This document shows positions 1 through 10,353 of a stretch of 64,000 bases of DNA, in pieces (position 1 is the stretch's first letter; each line of letters starts with the position of its first letter). The DNA is from a virus. The notes under the pieces were generated by a model. It saw nothing but the letters and a program-made list of their open reading frames with translations. It ran no database searches and was not told the DNA's origin. The stretch lies in the IMG/VR virus record IMGVR_UViG_3300040801_001435, one strand, 5' to 3'. Made by a program: the position numbers and the translations under genes.

Positions 1-206
1 ATTCTTGTTAATCCAGAATCACTATACCCTCTAAATGTTTGTTTACTTAACCAAACAAATTTATAAGTTTTTTCATCCCAATAATCTAAATAATCAACAA
101 GAGGAAGATATCTAGGAATCCATGTAAAATGAGTTGTTTCTATACCATATCCAATTCCTGTTGATTCAAATTTCTTATATCCATCTTTTGGTCTTACATT
201 ATTCAT
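1..206 (-). CDS. hypothetical protein, partial (runs off window start)
   Basis: ATG at 206 just after the RF stop; open frame MNNVRPKDGYKKFESTGIG... to the window edge. Confidence 0.6.
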   Translation of the reverse strand, partial: MNNVRPKDGYKKFESTGIGYGIETTHFTWIPRYLPLVDYLDYWDEKTYKFVWLSKQTFRGYSDSGLTR

Positions 207-208
207 TA

Positions 209-889
209 TTACATCCATAGTTTATCAAATTTCCCCCGTGATATATTTTTGAATGAAGTTCGTTTTCCAGAACGATGATCTTTTACAAGGTCTTGATCAA
301 TCTTGTAAGTTCTCATTCTATCTCCTCGCACACCATATCCTATCTGTTTTAATTTAATATCAGCATGTTTATCTGCAATCTTTTCTTCATACATTTCTCT
401 GAGTTTACTGATAATTGCTTCTTTTGCATCATTTAGATTTTTCTCCCGTTCTCTTCCTTGACGAGATTCTTTTAATCCAGTTGGAATATGAATAACTCTA
501 CAAGAACATTGTTTTTTATTTCTATGTTGTCCACCTTTTCCTGTTCCACTAAACCATTGAATTTTAAATTCGTCATCTGGGACATTTAATTCATCAAAAA
601 TGAAATTTCCTTCTTCAACAACACTTACACTAACAATGCTTGTATGAACTCTTCCTCTTTTCTCTGTCGGTGGATTTCTATGAAAGCAATGATTTCCACT
701 TTCATTCATGATTCTAGAATCATTAGTTTCTATACGAACGGTCACAACATGCTTAGAGACACTAAGCACTTCATATATTCAACGTCTATTATGAAAAAAT
801 TTTTCATAATACTCAAGTAAATCTTTTGTTAAAAGTTGTGCATCTTTCCCACCTTCTGATGCCTTAATCTCCATTAGATAAGTTTTCAT
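209..889 (-). CDS. prfA: class I peptide chain release factor, RF1-like, lacking domain 1, with in-frame TGA at 779-781
   Basis: GTGKGGQHRNK (GGQ), NPPTEKRGRVHTS (RF1-type PxT), RTY motif. The frame extends upstream of the track's GTG (769) through TGA to ATG 889: MKTYLMEIKASEGGKDAQLL...; ATG overlaps the upstream stop (ATGA). Confidence 0.88.
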
Positions 890-1080
890 TCTTTTATTCT
901 CCCTATTTTTGGAATTGTTTTAACAACTACTAATTTATATTCAACATATGGAGGAATATAAACTTTTAAAAAATCCTGTATCCAATAATACATGTCATAA
1001 TCATTCATATTAAATTTATAACAATTTCTTAATATACTATCAAACTCATTTGCTGTGACAAATAATTGTTTTCTAACCAT
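886..1080 (-). CDS. hypothetical protein
   Basis: 64 aa ORF whose stop overlaps the RF start. Confidence 0.55.
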   Translation of the reverse strand: MVRKQLFVTANEFDSILRNCYKFNMNDYDMYYWIQDFLKVYIPPYVEYKLVVVKTIPKIGRIKE

Positions 1081-1152
1081 TTACAAATTTATTGATTTCT
1101 TCAAATCTATCACAAATCTTATTCCATGAGTCACCCCAATTAATTATAATAT

Positions 1153-1785
1153 TTATATACAACGTTCAATCCAATAACTTGGGTCATAGTGATATACATA
1201 TATAGGATCACTATAAAATAAATCATACATATTATCTTTTATAATAGTTAAAGCATCTTTATATCCAACATCAAATCTTTCCATAGTCGGATTTAACATT
1301 TGATCAACCAACCATATATAATCATCTGACATTTCGTTAAATACTTTATTAAAAAGTTCTCTATGTGGAATTGGGTATGTCAAGTTTCTTGGAATCGTTT
1401 TACTGAACATAATTTCTTCCATTTCAAAACTGGAGTCTAAGTGTTCAAAATCATCACACCAAACATAACATAACATCCCTCTATCCAACTTAACATTATC
1501 AATGATAATGTTATATTCACAAATATGTACTACTGAATATGGTTCTACTATACCACCGGTTTCTTCTTTAATTTCTCTTACGACAGCATCATATATGTTT
1601 TCACCTTCATCAACTTTACCACCTGGTAATTCCCATGTATTAAATCCTTTCTTTCTACACCAAACATATCCATCAGGTGTATTAACACAACATACAACAT
1701 ATTTAATTTTGTTGTCATTTTCCCTATTAAAGAATTCAATATTTAATCGTTGATCGTTACACTGTATTAGTTTTACGAAATCCAT
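1153..1785 (-). CDS. NUDIX hydrolase
   Basis: Nudix box PGGKVDEGENIYDAVVREIKEETGG. Confidence 0.9.
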   Translation of the reverse strand: MDFVKLIQCNDQRLNIEFFNRENDNKIKYVVCCVNTPDGYVWCRKKGFNTWELPGGKVDEGENIYDAVVREIKEETGGIVEPYSVVHICEYNIIIDNVKLDRGMLCYVWCDDFEHLDSSFEMEEIMFSKTIPRNLTYPIPHRELFNKVFNEMSDDYIWLVDQMLNPTMERFDVGYKDALTIIKDNMYDLFYSDPIYVYHYDPSYWIERCI

Positions 1786-2384
1786 TTATTATCTCCAAAA
1801 TATTAGAAAATGTTATTAATATGGTATCACAGTCATCAAGTCCGTATTTCCCACATTCTTTACTTATAACGTTACGAGTAATACAATCACTTGATGGTTT
1901 GCCTATTTCACATCTATTATCACAAGTATATTTAGACAATCTATAATATCCATTATTTTTCATTGATATAATATTTTCTTGTGGAACAATTTCATTATTT
2001 TCCCATTAATAACTTCTGCAAATCTATAATTTGTTCTCTTTTTCTATTTCAATTAATAAACATTTCATATTAATCATTAGTTATAATTTCTTTTAATCAA
2101 TTTCTTCCAAATAATTTTTAATATCATCCAAATCTATATCAAATGTATCTAAACGCTCAGTTTCTGTTAATGCCGCCAATTTTAATAATTTTTCAAACAT
2201 TATTTCCTTTCTGGATGATAGTTCTTCATCGAATGCATATGTTTTAAATGTTTGCAGAAGATCCAACATCTTCATCATTGTTTGTCCCTCAATGATTCTC
2301 TCATTAAATAAACACTCAATATAATTATTTAATTGTAACCAATCATATATTTTATTATTGTCTATTAATTGACTTTTACATACA

Positions 2385-2732
2385 CTACATCTTATCATGA
2401 TTAAATTCCTTTATATTACCAGATTTATCTATAGCTTTTATAACTTTTCCATACACATTGTAAGTCCAACCATTTTGCCGACCATGATTATTAGAAATCA
2501 TATATCTAATTTTATTTCCTTTAGATATATCTTTTTGTGTGATTAAATGAGCATCTATATATCTACCTTTAACTTTACAAAATACTATATCACCAATTTC
2601 ATATTCATCTCTAACCTCATAATAATTGGTTGTAGGATTTTTGAGAATTGGTAACATTGAGTTACCAAAACATTTCATACACCCTTTCTTATTGTTATTT
2701 AAATCATTTAATAATCTTTCATATTTAGTCAT
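2385..2732 (-). CDS. S24/S26 peptidase-like protein
   Basis: GNSMLP motif followed by GDIVFCK. Confidence 0.6.
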   Translation of the reverse strand: MTKYERLLNDLNNNKKGCMKCFGNSMLPILKNPTTNYYEVRDEYEIGDIVFCKVKGRYIDAHLITQKDISKGNKIRYMISNNHGRQNGWTYNVYGKVIKAIDKSGNIKEFNHDKM

Positions 2733-3178
2733 TATTGTCTCATAAAATATCTTATTAATAATTCATGTTCTGGTTGTTGAAAATTAATAACTTCATTTAT
2801 TCCAATATTTTTCGATTCTACTCCAAGAATAATAATTCCATCATTAACATTAATAGTTCTACCTACTTTACCATTTTGTGTTATAATAGCTCTATATCTG
2901 TAACTACCATCAATATTAACTAAAACACTCAATTCAGTTATATAGATTGGAACATTTATACTTCCCCATCTATTATTTTCGTCAAATACCAACTCCCAAA
3001 ACATCAAATCAAGACCATCTGGCCATGTTGAGTATGGCCATACATGCATTGTTGTAAATGGTGGGAATGTTTGTGCTAATGTTATAGAAACTGTGTTCTT
3101 CATATCATCAAATGAATATGTAATATTGCTAAAAAATAAAATAACTAATATAATAAATACTGATATTTTTGTTTTCAT
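2732..3178 (-). CDS. putative secreted protein
   Basis: Basic N-terminus, hydrophobic core, then TYS-F cleavage-like site. Confidence 0.5.
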   Translation of the reverse strand: MKTKISVFIILVILFFSNITYSFDDMKNTVSITLAQTFPPFTTMHVWPYSTWPDGLDLMFWELVFDENNRWGSINVPIYITELSVLVNIDGSYRYRAIITQNGKVGRTINVNDGIIILGVESKNIGINEVINFQQPEHELLIRYFMRQ

Positions 3179-3245
3179 ATTTAGTTTTCCTTTTATAATA
3201 GAAGAAGAAAGTATTATAATATCTCTCTTCTTCTATATTATTTGA

Positions 3246-3857
3246 TTACGGAAGGTTATTATAAAAGTACATTATAAGATCTTTGTACTCATAATTATAT
3301 GCAACTTCATCCATTTGTGTGAATACTTCCTCTGGATCCTTCCCACTTTCTAATATTGCTAATGCCGCTTTTATATGTGGTAATTTATAAAATTTCATTG
3401 CCTGAATTAATGCTCTCATATCCTGAAAAGTATCAAAAGCAGTTTCTCCTTTCAGTCCTATTGTTGCTTTGTAAATCGCTGGATCCATTGAAAGTAAATG
3501 AACCACTGTATTGATAGGATCATCTTCGGTATTGATGAATCCCATTACACGTCCCCAATTATAAAATATTGGTTTGACATTGGTTCGCCCATCAACAATC
3601 AACAGATAGTCGAGCTCAGTTTGCATTCCAGTTGGAATGTTTTTTATGGTAAACCCAACATCCCCTGGATACACAGTGGTAGCAAATATAGTTATATCAT
3701 TGTAATCTTCAGATACAACGTAAGCGTAAACATCCATTCTGGTAAATGATGGAATGTTATTATCTAATGTAAAGATTAAGTCCAATGTTGATGGCATTCC
3801 TGCCATACATACTGATGCAAACATCATCATAATTGCACACATTACAATTTTTTTCAT
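3246..3857 (-). CDS. putative secreted protein
   Basis: MKKIVMCAIMMMFASVCMA signal-peptide pattern; AGGAG RBS. Confidence 0.55.
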   Translation of the reverse strand: MKKIVMCAIMMMFASVCMAGMPSTLDLIFTLDNNIPSFTRMDVYAYVVSEDYNDITIFATTVYPGDVGFTIKNIPTGMQTELDYLLIVDGRTNVKPIFYNWGRVMGFINTEDDPINTVVHLLSMDPAIYKATIGLKGETAFDTFQDMRALIQAMKFYKLPHIKAALAILESGKDPEEVFTQMDEVAYNYEYKDLIMYFYNNLP

Positions 3858-4611
3858 TCATTTTCTCCTTTTTTAAATATTAATAATATAATTTATATTT
3901 CTATACTTACATTGACATTATTGAATAAAACTCATTATGAAATTCATCAATAATATTATTAAAATCATTAACCTTTGTTTCGTAATCCTTATTATCGGCA
4001 AACATAATTTTTGCACCAGTACTCCAAATTTCAATAAGCCACGATGGATACTCTACCCACCCTCTTGGATGAGCAATTAGTGGTATTGTACTATGATTAA
4101 TTATAGCAATTTTCAAATCACTTTCGTCTAATATCATTAAAATACTCCTCTCTTACATCAACTCCTAAATCGTTTTTCATTCCAAGAGAAACAGACTCAA
4201 TTTAATCTTTTACAAGTTTAAAGTTATACGATTTCATTAGTTGTTCTCCTATTAGTATATAACAGTTTCACCTTTAAGTTTGCCATCTACCAATCTAATT
4301 CTGAATGTTTGAATTTTTGGACGTTTTATTCCATCTGGAATTGGAGTCTTTAATATTAGTTCATTATATATTGAACCAAGAAGGGGTACAATTATTTTAA
4401 CTAATTTTTCCCATTTATTTCTTCGATACTAATATTTTTAATGCTATGTTTAATCCAATTAAACATTTTAGCATCATATTGAGCTGTTGATTTTGCGACA
4501 TTTTTATCTGGATATTCAATGCGCAAACCACTTTCAACCATCCACCAATTATTAGCAGCATGCTGCATAAGCTCTCTGTATGTCATTTTAGCTCCTTTTG
4601 GAATGACCGAC

Positions 4612-4967
4612 TTATTTACGTTTAATTTCATCACATAATTGATTGAAAATTTTTATATAAACTTGCTCTGTTAAATTAAACCCATTAATATCTATAAATC
4701 CAGAATCTCTTTCACACCACAGTCGTGTGGTGTTTTCTTTTATTTCCAACACAATATATTTTATATTATCTTGGAAAATATCGATTGTAATACACCCATC
4801 TGTTTCTGGATAAATTTCATCTTCTGTTAATTCAAATTTAATCTCACTAACAAAATCTCTTGCTAATTCATATGTTTTTCAGATATGGCAGTTGCTCCAT
4901 CTTCATTCCAATTATACATTTTACACATTTGCCACATATTGGATACAAGTTTTCTATTCTTAAGCAT
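4612..4967 (-). pseudogene. frameshifted hypothetical gene (or homopolymer error)
   Basis: GGAGG RBS and ATG 4967; frame 0 stops at 4863-4865; the -1 frame from the A5 run (4875-4879) continues TYELARDF...IKRK to TAA 4612. Confidence 0.55.
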
Positions 4968-5217
4968 TTTATTCCTCCATTGATTTAAGTTACAAAAGCA
5001 TTTCCATATTCAAGTTATTATTAATCAAATTTCAAAAACCACATAATAGCAATATTTCTCATTTAACAATATTTAAAAAAATTATAATATTCTTTTGTTA
5101 ATTTCACAAATATATTATCAAACTCTTGTGAAGATCTGATATGTTCGTTGTTATTTGCATCAGATATCATTTTATTAGTCTCCATAAGCAAGTTTTGCAG
5201 TAATTCTTCTAAGTTCT

Positions 5218-5667
5218 TTATTTTTCATTTAATACAATCTCCCAAATTGATATAAGTTGTTCAGTTATTCGCATAACATCCTGTTCAAGTTTATCATAAT
5301 TGTACCAACAAAATTCAGTTGGTGTAATCCTATTCTCGACACATTCCAAATAATATTCTTTTGAACAATAATCATATGGATATTGATTTGGAAATACAGT
5401 TTTTATAAAATCTATATCAACGCTTTTTGGATGATATGTTGATGTGAACTTTAATTCTATATTCTTTCCTATGATGTAAAATGATACATCACACCCTTCA
5501 CCATAATTATACTCATAATAAGATATAATTTCAATATCATAATATATTTCAGTTACCAATTTGAAATTAATATATCGACCAAAAATAGTTGGTTGAATTG
5601 GTGATACTTTATCATTAATCATTCTAATATCAGGTACAGTTTTTGTTAGTAAGTCTTTAAAATCCAT
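5218..5667 (-). CDS. hypothetical protein
   Basis: 149 aa ORF with GGAGAG RBS. Confidence 0.65.
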   Translation of the reverse strand: MDFKDLLTKTVPDIRMINDKVSPIQPTIFGRYINFKLVTEIYYDIEIISYYEYNYGEGCDVSFYIIGKNIELKFTSTYHPKSVDIDFIKTVFPNQYPYDYCSKEYYLECVENRITPTEFCWYNYDKLEQDVMRITEQLISIWEIVLNEK

Positions 5668-5675
5668 TATCTCTC

Positions 5676-6164
5676 CTATGATTCATACTTATCTAATAAC
5701 ATTTGAATATCATTTTTACACAATCCAATACACTCAAGGTCACGACCAGAATATCCATACTTTAATTCATTTAATGCAATTTTAAGTATTCTTATTTCAT
5801 AGTCTGTTGGAACTTGATTGAATAACTCTTCAACATCGGAATATAATAACTTTTCGATAAAATGACAAGTTTTCGATGATAACCAGCTATGAAATCGCAT
5901 CTTTTTCTCATCTTTCATCAACCTTAATGTTAAATCACATTCAGTATTTATATCTTCCAATGTTGTATAAAATTCATAGGACTCCAATCCTGTAAAATAA
6001 TCATCCAATACATTCATCAAATCAACAATACAATGAATAAGAATTTTATTAGATTCTTTATTATACAGCTCTTTAAATCGTTTGTAAAATTCATCTATTA
6101 ATATAGTTCCCATTTTATATACAACTATCACATTTTCATAAAATTCAATTATATTTCTATTCAC
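5676..6164 (-). CDS. hypothetical protein
   Basis: 162 aa ORF in a packed minus-strand run. Confidence 0.6.
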   Translation of the reverse strand: MNRNIIEFYENVIVVYKMGTILIDEFYKRFKELYNKESNKILIHCIVDLMNVLDDYFTGLESYEFYTTLEDINTECDLTLRLMKDEKKMRFHSWLSSKTCHFIEKLLYSDVEELFNQVPTDYEIRILKIALNELKYGYSGRDLECIGLCKNDIQMLLDKYES

Positions 6165-6438
6165 CCCAATCCTCTAAATCTTTTTGAATTTCTTTTGTTC
6201 TATCTGGAAGATCTTTATCTGGTGTTATAATAAAAATCGAATCTCCAATTTCAACTGTTAAATTTTTATCAGAGTCCCCTCGCATACTATACGTTTCCAT
6301 AATTGATCTTGCAAGTTCCATTGCTTGTTGTGGATTCATTTGAACTTGCATTTTTTTGCTTTTTGTATCATATGTCATTGCACATGCTGTACAAATCAAA
6401 GATATTACTAAAATTGTAAAAAATTGTTTAACTGACAT
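6157..6438 (-). CDS. putative lipoprotein
   Basis: Signal peptide ending in lipobox-like ICTAC. Confidence 0.5.
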   Translation of the reverse strand: MSVKQFFTILVISLICTACAMTYDTKSKKMQVQMNPQQAMELARSIMETYSMRGDSDKNLTVEIGDSIFIITPDKDLPDRTKEIQKDLEDWGE

Positions 6439-6468
6439 TATATAATTCTCCTTTTTAATTTAAAAAGA

Positions 6469-6498
6469 AATATTGGAATAGTTTATTATTCCAATATT
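6469..6498 (-). terminator. hairpin, terminator-like
   Basis: 12-bp inverted repeat aatattggaata/tattccaatatt, with a T-rich tail on the minus strand after the vWA gene. Confidence 0.5.
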
Positions 6499-6559
6499 TA
6501 TATACTTCTTTTAATTACCATTAAATGTTCTATTTTTACATCTTGATTACTACCATTTC

Positions 6560-7153
6560 CTATGCTCTATAAGATGTTGTACCAATTGACATTTTTTCAT
6601 ATGCTTCTGTTATGCCTCTTCCAGTTGCAGCAAAACAAATTGAATCTTTAGCATCAATTCCCATTTTTGCTCCTGTTTTAAATGCATCTTGGTTTGCTGC
6701 AAGGAAAATAAATTCCCATCCATATGTATTTTTCTGATGGGTAATCATTTCTTTAATCTTTTCTAATGAGTATTCTTTACTTTCATTTTCCTCACCATCA
6801 GTAAGAATTGCAACGATAACCTTCTCAGGACGTTGCTCTTCAGATGTATTATGAAGACGTTCGCCAACAGTAACAATTGTTCGCCCAATTGCATCATGTA
6901 ATGCTGTTAAACCTCTAGGAACATATGTTGTATTTGTTAATTCTGAAACTTTCTTAATAGGAACATTGTTATGCATAACGATATATTCATGGTCAAACAA
7001 AATCAATGTAAATGTTGCTTCTCCTGGTACTTTTTTTTGATCATTTAAAAATGAATTAAATCCTCCAATAGAATCATTTTTAATAGAACACATCGATCCA
7101 GAACGGTCAATAATTGCCACAATTTCAGATAATCCTTTTTTCATGTTTATCAC
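6560..7153 (-). CDS. von Willebrand factor A domain protein
   Basis: MIDAS DRSGSM, T(ALHDA), ILTDGEEN. Confidence 0.92.
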   Translation of the reverse strand: MINMKKGLSEIVAIIDRSGSMCSIKNDSIGGFNSFLNDQKKVPGEATFTLILFDHEYIVMHNNVPIKKVSELTNTTYVPRGLTALHDAIGRTIVTVGERLHNTSEEQRPEKVIVAILTDGEENESKEYSLEKIKEMITHQKNTYGWEFIFLAANQDAFKTGAKMGIDAKDSICFAATGRGITEAYEKMSIGTTSYRA

Positions 7154-7257
7154 TCCTTAACTATAAGATTATTTAAATATTTCTGTTCACTTTCTTTACC
7201 ATCATATTAGAACAAATTCTCCATACATAATTGACAATATAACCACCTCTACTGTTA

Positions 7258-7671
7258 TCATTTATTATGTCTTACAATCATTGTTCTTCCATTACTATTT
7301 TTAATAAAAGAAAATTTTCCTATAATAATATCTCCCTTAAAATTAATAGTTATTTTATTAGCTTCCCATTCCAAAACATCACATTTACCACGATCAAATA
7401 TTGATACTTGGTCTGTTCTTTTTCTAATTTTGAGCGGCCCTTTGAAATCAATCCACATATCATAATCATGATCTGGAGTAGGGAACGCCTCAATTTTATT
7501 AATATCGTCGTCAAGTAAATTTAAAAGTTTTCTTGTTGCCCAACTTTTAAGAACCCCTCCTTTTTCAATACGAATATCATAATGTACATCATTTTGTGAT
7601 TTTTGATGACGCTGTATTACGAATTCAGTATCAGATTTATTATATTCGAATAAATAAAATAGATGTATCAT
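7258..7671 (-). CDS. standalone LigD-type 3'-phosphoesterase (PE) domain
   Basis: FVIQRH...VHYDIRIEKGGVLKSWA matches LigD PE FVVQxH..HYDFRLE..GVLKSWA; start moved to ATG 7671 behind GAAGGAG. Confidence 0.8.
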   Translation of the reverse strand: MIHLFYLFEYNKSDTEFVIQRHQKSQNDVHYDIRIEKGGVLKSWATRKLLNLLDDDINKIEAFPTPDHDYDMWIDFKGPLKIRKRTDQVSIFDRGKCDVLEWEANKITINFKGDIIIGKFSFIKNSNGRTMIVRHNK

Positions 7672-7726
7672 AAAATACTCCTTCATACACAAAAACAAGT
7701 GTGCATGGGATACACCTGTTTTATTA

Positions 7727-8161
7727 TCATTTGTTGAGAAACGTAATAACATTTCTTACAATATCCATCGTTAATCCGTGCTTCCAAAAATCTGTTTGAA
7801 AGAATCTCTCTTTTGGGATTTTTGGAAGCATTTTATCATCTAAGACACACCATTTTTCAATGGATGTCTCAGATAACCACTTATATATTTCCAATTCTCT
7901 TGGAGGATGATATCCTCCAAGATCCGGAGTTTGGCCGATTATAAGGTTTGGATTTACCAAACCTTTTTCGACAAACCTTCTTGTAATTTCTCGCAGTGAA
8001 AATGATCGTTTCCACATACTTGAAATTATAAATCGACAGTTTGTTTCAAGTGCGATTGTATTTAGTAGTCGCACTTTATTTCCTTGTAAATAGTTGTGCT
8101 CATTTTCAGGATATACATTAAATACCCCATCAATATCAAGCACAACAATCTTATTAGTCAT
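7727..8161 (-). CDS. HAD-superfamily phosphatase (RNA-repair-like)
   Basis: IVVLDIDGV motif I, IISSMW motif II, WCVLDD motif IV; start probably ATG 8161. Confidence 0.8.
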   Translation of the reverse strand: MTNKIVVLDIDGVFNVYPENEHNYLQGNKVRLLNTIALETNCRFIISSMWKRSFSLREITRRFVEKGLVNPNLIIGQTPDLGGYHPPRELEIYKWLSETSIEKWCVLDDKMLPKIPKERFFQTDFWKHGLTMDIVRNVITFLNK

Positions 8162-8302
8162 ATGAATGCTATCCCTGATTATTCCGGGATATACATTCCT
8201 TCTATTGATCATTACTTTGGAAGGAGAATAGGCCATGAATAAAATGTCCTTTACTCCCATGCTTATATATATTTCTATATATAAATCGAAAAACTAAAAA
8301 TT

Positions 8303-8935
8303 TTATACCTTCTTAATATGTATTATTTCATATCTAGAACTGTCGTATAAATTGACAGTTTCTTGATAAATTCTTCTAAAATCCGCCGCAATAGAACTAA
8401 ATTTAAAGAATTTATTTTCAGATTTATCATGTAGTTTAATTTCATAAGACTTAACTTCAACTAATTCTTCTTTATTTTTAGGAATATCATTTAAAAATTT
8501 ACCAAAGATAAATAATTTATAAATAACAGCAAATCCAATATCTAAACATATATTATCATCATTACTATTAACAACGTTAAAAAAATTAGCTCCCATCCAT
8601 AAGTAAGGACTGGGAGATTTATTCAATCTATAATTCCAACCGAATAGATTTTCAACTGTATATAAAATATATTCCATATACCAATTTGTACATATTTGTA
8701 AATTTTTAATTAAATATCTATCCGTTGTTTTAGTTGGATCATTAGAACTATATTTTAATAATCCTAATATATACCAAGGTATTTTAGTAGTTAGAACTAA
8801 AAGTTCTAATTCTTCTCGATTGTTTATTGTTTTTTGTATTATTGCGGCGGCTTTCTTTTCAAAAGTCACCTTTGGAGAGCATGAACTAAATAATGTTCCA
8901 TACTCTCTTTTAAGATTTAAACTGAATTCAAACAT
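8303..8935 (-). CDS. divergent lysozyme-like family protein (COG5526-like)
   Basis: IPWYILGLL and ENLFGWNYRLNKSPSPYLWMGAN resemble the family IPW..IGxIH and ExYNGxGY...PSPYLWSGT motifs. Confidence 0.45.
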   Translation of the reverse strand: MFEFSLNLKREYGTLFSSCSPKVTFEKKAAAIIQKTINNREELELLVLTTKIPWYILGLLKYSSNDPTKTTDRYLIKNLQICTNWYMEYILYTVENLFGWNYRLNKSPSPYLWMGANFFNVVNSNDDNICLDIGFAVIYKLFIFGKFLNDIPKNKEELVEVKSYEIKLHDKSENKFFKFSSIAADFRRIYQETVNLYDSSRYEIIHIKKV

Positions 8936-9286
8936 TTAATCCCAATCTACTATTCTATAATCTTTTGACCAATTTTGTTCATTAAGAATATTAACAATTA
9001 TATTGGATAATTTATTACAACGCTCAATATCAGTAAATATATCATATAGTTTTGAACTATCCGAAACATCAATTATTATAGTTTCACCAGGGTTGATCTT
9101 TTCAAACATATAAATATCATGCAATAAATCTAATGATTCAAGAAATTTAATAATGTCTTGAGCATCATTATTTGTATCTGTTGCGTTTATTGCTATTTCT
9201 AATATTGATATTTCTCTATCCAAATTATTTGTAATAATAAAGCTGCTACTAGAACTATTAGCTACAAAATTTGTTCGTATTTTCAT
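8936..9286 (-). CDS. NSSS-motif family protein, copy 9
   Basis: MKIRTNFVANSSSSSFII. Confidence 0.85.
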   Translation of the reverse strand: MKIRTNFVANSSSSSFIITNNLDREISILEIAINATDTNNDAQDIIKFLESLDLLHDIYMFEKINPGETIIIDVSDSSKLYDIFTDIERCNKLSNIIVNILNEQNWSKDYRIVDWD

Positions 9287-9645
9287 CCATCACTCCATTC
9301 TCCAAATAAGAATATTTTAGAATCATGAGTAACATAATATCTAAGAATTTCATCCATATGGGTCATATCATCAATATTATCTTGTGTTTCTATTGATCTT
9401 GCTGAAATGTGTGTATTTTTTGCCTCTTTAATGACTTTCACCATAAACAATTTAAATTCGTCATCAAATACTTCGTCGGATAAATCATACCCTTCTGTAT
9501 CTAAAAAATACTTTTCTGCTGTTTCAGTAAATTTATCATAATCTTCATTAATATAATCATACAATGTTTTATCTTCAAATGTCGTATTCGCTATTATAAA
9601 TACGCTTGTGCTACTATTAGCAACAAGCGATGTTCTAATTATCAT
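9283..9645 (-). CDS. NSSS-motif family protein, copy 8
   Basis: MIIRTSLVANSSTSVFII; ATG 9645 in ATGA overlap. Confidence 0.8.
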   Translation of the reverse strand: MIIRTSLVANSSTSVFIIANTTFEDKTLYDYINEDYDKFTETAEKYFLDTEGYDLSDEVFDDEFKLFMVKVIKEAKNTHISARSIETQDNIDDMTHMDEILRYYVTHDSKIFLFGEWSDG

Positions 9646-10004
9646 GCAGAACAAATTCCAGTTACAAAACTACCAGTTGTTATTTTTTCATGGTAGTGAT
9701 ATAAAATATCGGCAATATATACATCGATATATTGATTTGATTGCCAATCTACTTCATCAACAATAAAACCTTTACTTTCAATACAATCATCTATATATGA
9801 ATTTGCTATCATTTGATCATACCATTGTTCAAATGATCCATCGTATTTATGGGAATTATTATCATAGTGTTTCATTGCAGCATCTTTAAATGACTGTTCA
9901 TTTTCTTTGATAAGATCCATGACAGTTAAATCTTTATCAGAATTATTGAAAATAACAAAACTACTGCTTGAGCTGTTTGCAACAAATGATTTTCTAACAA
10001 TCAC
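9642..10004 (-). CDS. NSSS-motif family protein, copy 7
   Basis: GTG start, (M)IVRKSFVANSSSSSFVI, GAGGTG RBS. Confidence 0.8.
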   Translation of the reverse strand: MIVRKSFVANSSSSSFVIFNNSDKDLTVMDLIKENEQSFKDAAMKHYDNNSHKYDGSFEQWYDQMIANSYIDDCIESKGFIVDEVDWQSNQYIDVYIADILYHYHEKITTGSFVTGICSA

Positions 10005-10353
10005 AGTCCACCTCACTTACTATAAAATTTTCAGTCGATTTTGATTTATTACCGAACATATTCATAAGTATTTTTGTTACATCTTCAGGATCTTCTGCAT
10101 CATTACTATCAGTTGCCCACCAAAACATATTAATGCTACGAGGATTAAAAATTGTATTTTTAGCATCTGATACCAATGTTTTAAATTCAACAGGAAGATC
10201 ATTATGATCAAGATATGTTTCTGATTTTTGCTTGAATTCATACAAGCACACTTCTTCAATAAATTCCCATAGTGTTTTACTATTTTTTGATGTGTTTACT
10301 ATTGTAAAACTGCATGAGCTACTATTTGCAACAAATCCAATTTTAATAATCAT
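9994..10353 (-). CDS. NSSS-motif family protein, copy 6
   Basis: MIIKIGFVANSSSCSFTI. Confidence 0.85.
   Translation of the reverse strand: MIIKIGFVANSSSCSFTIVNTSKNSKTLWEFIEEVCLYEFKQKSETYLDHNDLPVEFKTLVSDAKNTIFNPRSINMFWWATDSNDAEDPEDVTKILMNMFGNKSKSTENFIVSEVDCDC

Noticed and set aside
4714-4733. Hairpin acaccaca-gtcg-tgtggtgt as terminator or frameshift stimulator
   Set aside because: It lies inside the extended reading frame about 140 nt from the slip site, too far for a stimulator; may be incidental
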